Source of the DNA: an uncultured Solirubrobacterales bacterium
GTDB lineage: Bacteria > Actinomycetota > Thermoleophilia > Solirubrobacterales > Solirubrobacteraceae
Direction: 5' to 3'
Assembly: GCA_963705785.1 (NCBI GenBank)
Contig: CAVPKV010000041.1
Coordinates: 53,612 to 117,611, forward strand
DNA length: 64,000 bases
Shown here: positions 10,543-19,593 of the stretch, piece after piece
Layout: each line of letters starts with the position of its first letter
How positions within the stretch are numbered: the first letter of the stretch is position 1
The notes under the pieces: model-generated
Told to the model about the DNA's origin: nothing
The model's database searches: none
Seen by the model: the letters and a program-made list of their open reading frames with translations, nothing else
Translations under genes and position numbers: made by a program

Positions 10543-13245
10543 TCATGGCACGTTCACGCTTTGGCTCACGGACGCTGGTCCATGGCTGCCGTCGCCGGCG
10601 TACTGGGCCTGCACGGTCCACATGCCGGACGTGAGCGGCGGCCCCGACGCGCCTCCGTACGAGTCGCTGTAGTTGCCGGCGGCATCCGTGGTTGTCGAAT
10701 GCGTTGTGCTCGATCCCGGCGCAGGCGGCCGGTAGGTGATCGTGACCGGGGCGCCGCCGACGCCGGTTCCGCTGGCCGTCAGTTGTCCGCTACAGGAGAT
10801 GACGTTGTCGTTCGGGCCGAGCGAACAGGAGAGCGAGATAGAGGTCCGCTGCTCGACCACCGTCAGGGTGTAGGTGGTCGAGTGCGTGGCCGAGCTGCCG
10901 GTGCCGGTGATCGTGATGACGTACGTGCCGGGGGAAGTCGAGGCAGTGGTCTGAATGTTCAAGGTCGCCGAGCCGCCGGCCGTCACCGACGAAGGCGTGA
11001 CGCTGACCGTGCCCGGGCTCGTTCCTGAGGTGCCGATCGAGACGCTCTGGGGTGATCCCGAGGTCACGGCGGTATCCACCGTCGCGGTCGCCGCACCCCC
11101 GGCCAGGACCGACCCGGAGGACGGGTTGACCGAGATCGAGAAGTCGTTGGCCGTGGGCTGGGCTGCGGAGAACTGGCACGCCGCGACCGCGCCCAGGTGA
11201 TCGGCGTCGCCGTCGTAGTGCGCGATTGCCTGCCAGCCACCAGCGGCCGTCGGTGCGAACGAGTCGCTGAACCCGCCACCGGCGCCGGACCTCAGAGCGT
11301 GCACGGTGACCGCGCCGGAGGGGTTGACGTAGAGGATCGCCAGCCTGGAGCCATCGGTCACACCGGAGAGCTGGCCGGCGAACGAAGCCGGCGTGCCGAT
11401 CGAGGCAGCCCTCGGACAGGTCAGCCTGAGGTGGGTCGGGACCTTGGCGACCGTTCCGGCGCAGGGCACCGCCACCGTCGCCTGGTGGGTGCTATCCCCG
11501 TTCCAGCTGACCACAACGAGCCACCGGCCCGCCTCGCCAAGCGGGTAGTGGTCGCTGAAGCGGCCGCCGCCGGCGATCGCCGTCCGCTGCACGGCCGGAA
11601 TGAGCGCTCCCTCACCCTCAGGGGCGATGTACTCGATCGCGACCCGCGCGCGCGCCGCCGCTGGAGTCAGCGTACCGGACACCGTCGCCTCACCCCCGAC
11701 GGCATCCGGGAAGGTGCAGCGTGCGGAGAGGGTCGCAGGTTGCCTGAGCCGCTCGCGCTCGGTGACCGAACGCCCGTCCCGGAGCCTGGCGACGACCTCG
11801 ATCGCCAGGCCGGAATGCTGCCGCAACAGTTTGCGACCGAGCGGCGTGAGCTGGATCGTGAGCGTCCTGCGCACGCCGGCCGGGATGTTGAAGTGGAGCG
11901 GCAAGCCGGCGTCACAGCCGTTGCACAGGGGCGAGCTGACCTTCACCGTGACGCTGCCCCGGCACAGCTTGACGCTACAGCCGACCAGCGCGGAGAGCTT
12001 GCCGGGGCCGGTGACGCCAAACTGGCGGAACACCGTCACTTCCGGGCGTTGCACCAGCCGTTGAAGTAGCGGCGAACACGCCCCGCTCGGGACGTAGTCG
12101 GAGTTGATGAACTTGGTTACAAACCGGGCGTTGGGGTTGTCGGAGAGCATGTACAGGTCCGAGCGACAGTCGAACGCGACGCCCTGCGGGGCATTTCCCG
12201 CAATCAGATCCCAATCGCGCGCCGGACAGTCGATGGAGGAGCAGTAGTAGCTGGGAGCGTTCAGATCCTTCCCCGTATTCTGGAGCCCGGGCAGCATGTG
12301 GACCATCCCTAGCGAGTTTCCCCGGGACGCGTAGTCGGTGGTGGTGAACACGTCGCCGGCGTTGGGGTCAACTGTTACTCCGTCGGGACTCGTCCTGTCG
12401 CTCGACATGTCCCAGCAGGCCATCGCCGAGGTGCTGAGCCAGCCCCAGGAAACCGGGGTTCCGTCCGGCCTGAACCGCGCCACCTCGCCGCTTACCAGAG
12501 GGTCGTTGTAGGGCTGGATGTCGATGTGGTTGTAGTCGATCGCCACATGACAATCAGGCGGTGGGTCGCCCAGGGCCTGGTAGGAGGCCCCTGCGACGAC
12601 TGGGTCGCCGGACCTGTCGATCGTGATCACGTTGGCGACCGTCTTATACGGGTCGTCGTAGCCAGACTTCGGGTAGTAGTTAGCCGAGCCCAAGGGATTC
12701 GGGAAGATCTGGCCAGGAAGATTCGCCGTAAAACCGCCGATCGCGTTGCCATTCGAGTCGTACTCGCCCACGGCATTGAAGAACTTGGTCAGCACCCACA
12801 CGTGCCCGGCACGGTCGGCGGCGATTGATCTCGCGAACGGGACGCTCCAGCTGGTAAGGAATTTCAGGTTGGCGTTGAACTTCGCCACCGTGCCCGTCGC
12901 CTCATACACGACGTAGACGTTGCCCGACAGGTCTGTGGTTACCCCGGAGGGATCAAATGGCCGCTTGCCGAACCGGACCGCGTGCTTGAACACCCCGTCC
13001 GAGGTGTATTCCTCGATCTCGTTCCCGCCCCCGTCCGCCACGTAGACGAGGTTCCCGTCGGGACTTACGGCGATCGCCGAGTCATGCCCGATCTGCCTGC
13101 TGCTGCTGGGCAGGCTCCAATAGAACGCGTCGGACGGGTCCAGATGAGTCGCGTTCGCGCGGCCGGCGCCGATCAGTCCGGCCAAAAGGACGAGCGCCAG
13201 AGATGTAAGGCCGAGTCGACAGAGTTTGACGTTGTCAATGCTCAT
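10543..13245 (-). CDS. Secreted NHL-repeat beta-propeller protein with several Ig-like domains
   Basis: Signal peptide; IAVSPDGNLVYVAD / PSGVTTDLSGNVYV NHL repeats; three GxWxxxxxW/YxGDxxH Ig-like units; DFSISVNPSSG...PGTYVITITGT domain. Confidence 0.85.
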   Translation of the reverse strand: MSIDNVKLCRLGLTSLALVLLAGLIGAGRANATHLDPSDAFYWSLPSSSRQIGHDSAIAVSPDGNLVYVADGGGNEIEEYTSDGVFKHAVRFGKRPFDPSGVTTDLSGNVYVVYEATGTVAKFNANLKFLTSWSVPFARSIAADRAGHVWVLTKFFNAVGEYDSNGNAIGGFTANLPGQIFPNPLGSANYYPKSGYDDPYKTVANVITIDRSGDPVVAGASYQALGDPPPDCHVAIDYNHIDIQPYNDPLVSGEVARFRPDGTPVSWGWLSTSAMACWDMSSDRTSPDGVTVDPNAGDVFTTTDYASRGNSLGMVHMLPGLQNTGKDLNAPSYYCSSIDCPARDWDLIAGNAPQGVAFDCRSDLYMLSDNPNARFVTKFINSDYVPSGACSPLLQRLVQRPEVTVFRQFGVTGPGKLSALVGCSVKLCRGSVTVKVSSPLCNGCDAGLPLHFNIPAGVRRTLTIQLTPLGRKLLRQHSGLAIEVVARLRDGRSVTERERLRQPATLSARCTFPDAVGGEATVSGTLTPAAARARVAIEYIAPEGEGALIPAVQRTAIAGGGRFSDHYPLGEAGRWLVVVSWNGDSTHQATVAVPCAGTVAKVPTHLRLTCPRAASIGTPASFAGQLSGVTDGSRLAILYVNPSGAVTVHALRSGAGGGFSDSFAPTAAGGWQAIAHYDGDADHLGAVAACQFSAAQPTANDFSISVNPSSGSVLAGGAATATVDTAVTSGSPQSVSIGTSGTSPGTVSVTPSSVTAGGSATLNIQTTASTSPGTYVITITGTGSSATHSTTYTLTVVEQRTSISLSCSLGPNDNVISCSGQLTASGTGVGGAPVTITYRPPAPGSSTTHSTTTDAAGNYSDSYGGASGPPLTSGMWTVQAQYAGDGSHGPASVSQSVNVP

Positions 13246-13423
13246 CGGCCCCTCCCTGCGTACGTTGCGCGGGCACGCGGCGCAGGATTGCCACCAGCTC
13301 GGCGGTGTCGTGAAACGCGGCCTGAAGGCCGGTCGATACCTCGTCCACGACCCCTCGGAGCTGATCGTCGTCGGGCAGGACCTCCCGCCCTGCTCTGTAG
13401 ACCCGTACGACGAACGTGTCCAT
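13235..13423 (-). CDS. 62-aa small hypothetical protein (FVVRVY...LRGVVDEVSTG...F...ELVAIL)
   Basis: Fills the gap between regulator and NHL gene, overlapping the NHL start by 11 nt; resembles small proteins I recall beside BTAD regulators. Confidence 0.7.
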   Translation of the reverse strand: MDTFVVRVYRAGREVLPDDDQLRGVVDEVSTGLQAAFHDTAELVAILRRVPAQRTQGGADEH

Positions 13424-13429
13424 GGGCCG

Positions 13430-13475
13430 GCACCTTCGAGTCCGCACCTTCGAATGGTCTTAGTGCCGCCTTAAG
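13430..13475 (-). promoter_or_regulatory. Putative SARP/BTAD-type binding site: 11-bp-periodic repeats
   Basis: Minus strand TTAAG-N6-CTAAG-N6-CGAAG (plus-strand CTT at 13448, 13459, 13470); GCACCTTCGA direct repeat at 13430 and 13444. Confidence 0.5.
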
Positions 13476-16400
13476 GTCGAGCGGCGGCAGTCCGGGCCAG
13501 TGCCAGGGGCTGAATTCCGAGCTCCCCCATGCGCCGCGCGTAGACGGCATGCTGACGACGCGCCTCGCCGTAACGGCGCAAGCGCAGCTGGGCGCCCAGA
13601 AGAGCCGTCCAGGCGTCTGCGTCATACGGGTCACGTTCGAGCAGGCGGCGCAGATAGCGCGTTGCCTCCTCCTCGTCGTGGCGGTTGGTGGCCGCGCGAG
13701 CGAGCAGTCGTGAGATTTCCTGGGCAGCGGAGCGGGCCTCCTCCCGGCAATCCACGGCCCAGTCCTCGTACAGGTCCTCCTCCAGAAAGTCCCCCGTGTA
13801 GAGGCTCTCTGCGGCGCGGAGCTTGCCCTCAGCGGAAGCCCAGTCCCCCTGGGATGCCGATGCCACCCCGGCATCCACGGCGTCGAGAAAGGCCACCAGA
13901 TCGAGCCATAGGTGATCGATCCGAAGCGCCAGCGACTGGCTATCCGCGGCGATGAAATGATCGGCCGGATGCGACCTTTCCGGATCAAGGACCTTCCGGA
14001 GCGTGCTCAGCGCCACCGACAGCCGGTTATGGAGAGGGGCAGCGTCCTCGTTCGGCCACAGGGCCTCCGCGGCCGCATCGCGGGTGAGCAGCCGCCCACG
14101 CCGGGCGGCGAGTATTTTCAGCAGGTCTCGGGCCTTGCGCGATTGCCAGGCCCCCAACGGGATCGCCTGTCCGGCTCGCGAGACGGCAAACCGGCCAAGT
14201 GTGACGACCGCCACCCCGGCGGCGTGTTCACGGCCGACGAGGAGCAGCCGCGCCACTCCGACCTCAGGGTGGACGCCAAGCCGGGACAGCTCGTGTCGAA
14301 GATCCTCCACACCCTTCGAGTCGCCTCGGCTTGCCGCCCGCACCAACTCCGCGCGTTGGGTGGCGATCTTGTCTCCCACCTCGCGCCAAAGCTCGATCGC
14401 GGCCTCAAGCTGGGCCTGATCCACCGGCTGGCACGCGGCTGCGTGCAGTTCCAGCGCCCTCGCGAGCGACGGGCTGTCACGGGTGCGCTGCGCCTCAGCC
14501 TGAGCCTCGATCGAGAGTCTCGCGGCCTCGTCGCGGTTCCCGGCAGCCAGCTCCACGCCTGACCACGCGCAGAGGGCATGCGCCCGCTCGAGGCTGGTGG
14601 CCCGAGTCGCCGCTTCCACCGCATACCTGTGCGCGGTCTCAGGGTCGTCTTCGGCGAGCACCCCCGCCAAGCCCGCCAGCGCAAGTACCAGCGAGTGAAC
14701 GTCGTCGACCTCCTCGGCCAGGCGATATGCACGTTCCAACGATGTGCGCGCGTGCGCGAAATCACCGCGTTCGGCGTGGAGGACGCCCAACTGCGTGTAC
14801 GGAGCGCAGACCAGCAGTGAGCCAAGGCTTGTAAACATCTCGATCGCCTGCAGGAGCAGCGCGCGGGCCTCGTCGAGCTCGCCCATGTGCATGAGCGCCT
14901 CGGCCTTGTTGGACATCGCCAACGCGCTGAACAGGTTGTGCCCGGCGCCTGCGCTGATCGCCAGGTCGGCCTCACCGATCGCGCCGACATAATCCCCTTC
15001 CTCGGCGGCCCTCGAGCTCAAGTTTGCATGGATGCGAGCAAGCTGCACCGAGTCTCCCGCGTTCGTGGCTGCCCTTAACGCGAGGCGGTAGTGGCGCTCG
15101 TTTTTGCCACGGTCTCCCTGGCTGGCCGCCGCCAGAGCTACAGCGACGTGGGCGGCGGCAAGCGCCTCGAAGTCGCGGCTGGCTTCCGCCTGCCTCAGCG
15201 CCACATTGGCGATCCTCTCCGCCTCGTCCACCTCGCCATGACCCCAGAGGGTGGAGCTCAGCCAGGCCGAGACGAGCGCTTGATCTCTGGTCCCGGGGCC
15301 GTCGCTATAGGCGGCTGAAAGCACCTCCCGCGCCCCTTCCAGGTCTGAGCGAAGGTAGAGCAGCGCGCCGAACCGCCACGCGACGCCCGCGGCCAGGGCT
15401 GCGCCCACCGCGGTCAGCTGGATGAACCGGAATACCTCCAGCGCGGCATCCCAGTCACCGACGGCTACCAGCGCCTCCGCGAGGACTGTGTCAAGGGCGA
15501 GATCGCCCCCTGTCCCAAGACTGCGGAGAGCCTCCGCCACACGCGATCCGTACCCACGCGCCACGAGCCTGGCGCCGCATCGCTCCAGAAGCGACAGTGT
15601 CTGGTGCCGGGGACCAGCGATGGCGCACTCAAAGGCTTCCTCGAGGCGATCGCACTGCTCGAACCACTCCACGGCTCCATGGCGAACCTCTTCGACATCG
15701 GCTTCGGGGAGGCGCTCCGCGATCGCCTCCGCGAGAACCGGGGAGAGCGTGCGGGCGTCTTTCTCTCCCGTTACCACCAGCAGCCCTCGGGTCTGAAGGC
15801 TGTCCAGCTCCGACTCCGGTGAGGCGATGCCGAGTGCGCCGAGCAGATCCGCATCGACCACGGGAGCGACACTTGCCATGGCCAGGATGCGCCGCGCGGA
15901 GGGCTCCTCCCGGTCGATGACATCGGTTGCGAACTCCCGCCACAGCGAGCCGTGACGAACCTGGAGCTGCGTAAGCGTCTGATGCCAGCGAGTGGGAGCC
16001 AGTCGCTCGAGCCGATCCACCATCAGCTGAAGGGCCGCCGCCCAGCCGCCGGTCAATGACCAGCACCGGTCGGCGAGCGAGTCTGCTCCGGTGCCCAAGC
16101 GCTCGACGAGGAGCGATGCGGTCTCCTCAGGGGTGAATGTGAGGTCCGGAGCAATTAGCTCCATCAGCTCACCGCGACCTCTGGCTGAGCCGAGTCCAAG
16201 CGAGGGCAGCTGGCGTCCACTCAGCACCAGGTGCAGGCGCGAGGGCGCCTGGAGGCAGAGCGTGCTCAAGAACTGGCTGGCCGAGTCGTCGTCCGCGAGC
16301 TGGTCGACGTCGTCGAGGATCAGCAAGAGCTCATCGTCCTGGGAGTCGAGGCCTTCGCAAATCAGCGCCGCCCGCCCCTCGGCGAGACTTCGGCGATCGG

Positions 16401-16650
16401 ACGCTCCGATCCCCGCCGTCGACGCCGCTATGGCGGGACGGGTTCCCGCGCCCACCGCCTCCGCCAGGCGCCGGGCCAATGTCTCGACCTGTCGATCAGC
16501 GGTGGTGAGGCCGAGCCAGCGCGAGCGGTGGCCGGCGGCGAGCTGGCGCAATGCCGTTGTCTTGCCGTAGCCCCCTCCCGCCACCACCAGAGTAATCCGG
16601 CGCTCCCAGGCGGCCTCAAGCAGTCGCGCGATCCGGGGCCGAGGGACCAT
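13471..16650 (-). CDS. MalT-type STAND ATPase + TPR + C-terminal wHTH/BTAD transcriptional activator
   Basis: Walker A AGGGYGKTT, Walker B LILDDV, TGGWAAAL, TPR helices, TLGRFAV..WQSRKARDLLKIL..LWP, LYTGDFLEEDLYEDW, LERDPY. Confidence 0.9.
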   Translation of the reverse strand: MVPRPRIARLLEAAWERRITLVVAGGGYGKTTALRQLAAGHRSRWLGLTTADRQVETLARRLAEAVGAGTRPAIAASTAGIGASDRRSLAEGRAALICEGLDSQDDELLLILDDVDQLADDDSASQFLSTLCLQAPSRLHLVLSGRQLPSLGLGSARGRGELMELIAPDLTFTPEETASLLVERLGTGADSLADRCWSLTGGWAAALQLMVDRLERLAPTRWHQTLTQLQVRHGSLWREFATDVIDREEPSARRILAMASVAPVVDADLLGALGIASPESELDSLQTRGLLVVTGEKDARTLSPVLAEAIAERLPEADVEEVRHGAVEWFEQCDRLEEAFECAIAGPRHQTLSLLERCGARLVARGYGSRVAEALRSLGTGGDLALDTVLAEALVAVGDWDAALEVFRFIQLTAVGAALAAGVAWRFGALLYLRSDLEGAREVLSAAYSDGPGTRDQALVSAWLSSTLWGHGEVDEAERIANVALRQAEASRDFEALAAAHVAVALAAASQGDRGKNERHYRLALRAATNAGDSVQLARIHANLSSRAAEEGDYVGAIGEADLAISAGAGHNLFSALAMSNKAEALMHMGELDEARALLLQAIEMFTSLGSLLVCAPYTQLGVLHAERGDFAHARTSLERAYRLAEEVDDVHSLVLALAGLAGVLAEDDPETAHRYAVEAATRATSLERAHALCAWSGVELAAGNRDEAARLSIEAQAEAQRTRDSPSLARALELHAAACQPVDQAQLEAAIELWREVGDKIATQRAELVRAASRGDSKGVEDLRHELSRLGVHPEVGVARLLLVGREHAAGVAVVTLGRFAVSRAGQAIPLGAWQSRKARDLLKILAARRGRLLTRDAAAEALWPNEDAAPLHNRLSVALSTLRKVLDPERSHPADHFIAADSQSLALRIDHLWLDLVAFLDAVDAGVASASQGDWASAEGKLRAAESLYTGDFLEEDLYEDWAVDCREEARSAAQEISRLLARAATNRHDEEEATRYLRRLLERDPYDADAWTALLGAQLRLRRYGEARRQHAVYARRMGELGIQPLALARTAAARP

Positions 16651-16719
16651 GCCAAGATTGCACCAGACTGGCTCGCCGATCGCCAGATAGCAGAAGTACG
16701 ATCGCTTCGCTGCGAGTCG

Positions 16720-17574
16720 CTACGCCCAGCCCGGGCGCATGGCGCGAACACTGCGCAGCTCGTCTATCGCCAGCCGCTCGGACTCGGCGCCCCGCATCGA
16801 TGAGCGGTCCATGGCGGGCTGGCCGAGCGCTGCTTCGAGCGGTCTGATGGGCATCGTTGTCTGCACCGCTTGACCATCCATAAGCTTGACCTGCACGATG
16901 CTCCGACCGGGGTGCGAGCCCACGCATTCCACCAGACGGCGGCCGGCGAACAACAGTGCCGTCCCGTCGTCGGCCGCGTACCCGGCCGGCAGCCGTTCAT
17001 CGGCCACGGCCTGGAGGTAGGCCGGCAATCGCCATGGTTCGCTGCTTCGGTGAACCGACAGGCTCCCAGCAAGCAGGCCAAGACCAGCCACGGGCTCGGG
17101 CGCTCCTGCACTCATGCTGATCCCGCCTTCGAACCAGCACATCGCGCCCGCACTCAGTCCCGCGAGAATGACTCCGGCCTCCCACGCCTCTCTGATCGCG
17201 ACGTCGATCTGGTGCTCTCGCCAGATGGCAAGCATGTTGCGCATCGACCCGCCGCCGACGTAGATCGCGTCCTGAGAGAGCAGAAGCGCCCTCGGGTCGA
17301 CTCGGTCACGGCTGAGATGAAACAGCGAGAGATCGGATAGCTCGCACGGCGTCAGCCTGAATCGCTCGTGAAACCACAGAACCTGCTCGCGCTGATCTCC
17401 GCTGGCGGTAGGCAGGAAGCAGATCTTCGGCACGCTCTTGCCCGTCAGCTCAAGGACGAGGCGGTCAAGGGCCGAGCTCCGCTCTTTCATCGTAAAGCCG
17501 CCACCGCCCAACGCCAGGATTCGCCGCGGGTCTGTTCCGGCGGAGCTAGGGTCGCCCGCGGTCGGGAACGTCAC
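16720..17574 (-). CDS. Peptidase E (family S51, type 1 glutamine amidotransferase-like)
   Basis: LGGGGF, FLPTASGD, IYVGGGS, GLSAGA nucleophile, SVH. Confidence 0.9.
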   Translation of the reverse strand: MTFPTAGDPSSAGTDPRRILALGGGGFTMKERSSALDRLVLELTGKSVPKICFLPTASGDQREQVLWFHERFRLTPCELSDLSLFHLSRDRVDPRALLLSQDAIYVGGGSMRNMLAIWREHQIDVAIREAWEAGVILAGLSAGAMCWFEGGISMSAGAPEPVAGLGLLAGSLSVHRSSEPWRLPAYLQAVADERLPAGYAADDGTALLFAGRRLVECVGSHPGRSIVQVKLMDGQAVQTTMPIRPLEAALGQPAMDRSSMRGAESERLAIDELRSVRAMRPGWA

Positions 17575-18371
17575 GCAGCTGCTGCCGTCGGGCCGCGCTG
17601 CGCGGCCATCACCGTCTGCTCAGCGCACCGGTCTTCCAAACAGCGCACACGCAGCGCACGCTCGACCACCCGTCCACGCTCATCGGCCGCGACGAAGAAC
17701 GCGGCAGCCTCCCGCTCGGCGCCCACGACCTCCGCGAGCTCGGAACCGACGAACCGCAGAGCCGCACCGTCGCCCACCCCATACCCCGGTGCCATGCCGC
17801 CTGCGACCGCCCGGTGATAGGCGGCTCTCCGCTCAGGCTCTTCGCCGTAATGGACCGCATTGCTCCAGGGCAGGAGGCCCAGACCGGCGACCGTCTGAGG
17901 TGCGCCACGGTGAAAGTTGCTAACCGCGGCAGAGAACCAGCACAACGAACCTGCTGACCCGCCGCACAACACCACGCCGGATCGCCAGGCCTCTGCGAGC
18001 GCACTGTCCAGACCGTGAGCGCGCCAGGTCCCAAGCAACGAGATCACACTTCCGCCACCGACGTAGATCAGGTCCTGCCTGAGAAGATGCGAGCGAGGAT
18101 CGGCAACGCCCGTCTCGCGCCGGAACAGCGAGATGTGAGAAGGCTCGCATCGCGTGGCCTCAAACGCGCGGTAAAAGCGCACGACGTAGTGATCGGCGTC
18201 CCCGCTCGCAGTCGGTAGGAAACACACCCGTGGGCGCGCCATTCTCGTCAGGCCGATCACATAGTCGTCGAGCAGCGGATTGGCGCACCCGTCCGAGAAG
18301 CCACCTCCACCGAACGCCACGATCTGGGGCGGCCTAGCCACGGGCGGAAACCCATCCCCCGCCCGCGGCAT
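17571..18371 (-). CDS. Peptidase E (family S51), paralog
   Basis: FGGGGF, FLPTASGD, IYVGGGS, GGSAGS nucleophile, NAVHY; 4-nt overlap with the downstream paralog. Confidence 0.9.
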   Translation of the reverse strand: MPRAGDGFPPVARPPQIVAFGGGGFSDGCANPLLDDYVIGLTRMARPRVCFLPTASGDADHYVVRFYRAFEATRCEPSHISLFRRETGVADPRSHLLRQDLIYVGGGSVISLLGTWRAHGLDSALAEAWRSGVVLCGGSAGSLCWFSAAVSNFHRGAPQTVAGLGLLPWSNAVHYGEEPERRAAYHRAVAGGMAPGYGVGDGAALRFVGSELAEVVGAEREAAAFFVAADERGRVVERALRVRCLEDRCAEQTVMAAQRGPTAAAA

Positions 18372-18508
18372 CAGTTACCGCAAATGCGTTCAAGCGGCGC
18401 AAGCAGCTGCCGGAGCTCGCCATCCAGCGGTTGAACGACCGCGCTGGCTCCAGGTTCAGCCAGGAATCTCCCGGTCGGGTCGAGCACCAGTTTCCGTTTG
18501 GCGGACAT
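18371..18508 (-). CDS. 45-aa micro-ORF coupled to the peptidase E pair
   Basis: AAGGTGG RBS-like sequence; TGATG stop/start overlap at 18369-18373. Confidence 0.45.
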   Translation of the reverse strand: MSAKRKLVLDPTGRFLAEPGASAVVQPLDGELRQLLAPLERICGN

Positions 18509-18700
18509 CAACACCACCTTTCGTTGACCCACGGGAGGACAGAATTCCGCGTTGGGTTGCGTTGCGCTAGGGCCAGGTGGCCAAATTCCGCCGATTCCTT
18601 TCCCCCCGGTTTCTCCACATGGCCAAAGCCGTCCGCCTCGTACGCGATGTTTGTACACGTGGAGATACACGAGGCCGCTGTTTGCGTCGATGCTTGTGGC

Positions 18701-19460
18701 GTGAAGCCGCTAATTGGGGTGACGACCTCTGAGCTGCGCCCCGGCGAACTCGCGACGCTGCGTCGTCACGGCGAGCCGCCCAATCCCGAGATGGCCCTGG
18801 GCATGACCTACGTGCGAGCGCTCGAGGCTGCGGGCGCGCTCCCCGTCGTCGTGCCCCCGATCGTCGACGAAGACGTCCCTGAGCTCCTGGCCCGCCTAGA
18901 CGCGCTGGTGCTCTCTGGCGGCCCGGATCTCGCCCCGGCGGCCTACGGTGCCGAACCTCATGATGAGCTTGGCTCGACCGAGCCTGGCCTTGACGCCTTC
19001 GAGTACGCGATCGCCCTGGAGGCCCTCCACTTGGAGCTTCCGATCCTGGGGATCTGTCGCGGCGCGCAGACGCTCAATGTCGCTCGGGGCGGCACGTTGC
19101 ACCAGCACCTGCCGGATGTCGTCGGGAAGGTGATCGAGCACCGTCAGACCGTGGATGGCGCCGTTCCGACGCATTCCGTCACCATCCTTCCCGGCAGCCG
19201 GCTGGCGACGGCGCTGGGCACGACCCAACTCAGTGTCAACTCTTTCCACCACCAGGCGGTGGACTGCCTGGGCACGGGCCTGCGGGCGTGTGCGTGGGCG
19301 ACGGACGGGACAATCGAGGCGGTCGAGGATTGCGCAGCAGCCATTCGTGGTGGCCGTTCAGTGGCACGCGGAGACGCTTCGCGTGCCTGGCCAGGAAGCG
19401 CTCTTCCAAGAGCTCGTGAGCGTCGCTGCCGGATCAAGGCGGCTGCGAAGAGTCGCGTAG
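18701..19460 (+). CDS. Gamma-glutamyl-gamma-aminobutyrate hydrolase family (peptidase C26, PuuD-like); frameshift near 19335
   Basis: KPLIGVT, LSGGPDL, PILGICRGAQ, VNSFHHQAV, DGTIEAVE; the AVQWHAE motif continues in a shifted frame. Confidence 0.9.
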
Positions 19461-19593
19461 CCGGCAGCCAGCTGACAGCTTCTGACCACGCGGCCGGACA
19501 ATTGTCCGCAATTTCCGTGATCCGTCCGGCCTGTTTGGACATATGGCCCAGGCGCGACGGCGGTGCGCGCGGTCGTATGGTGCCAAGCACGTT

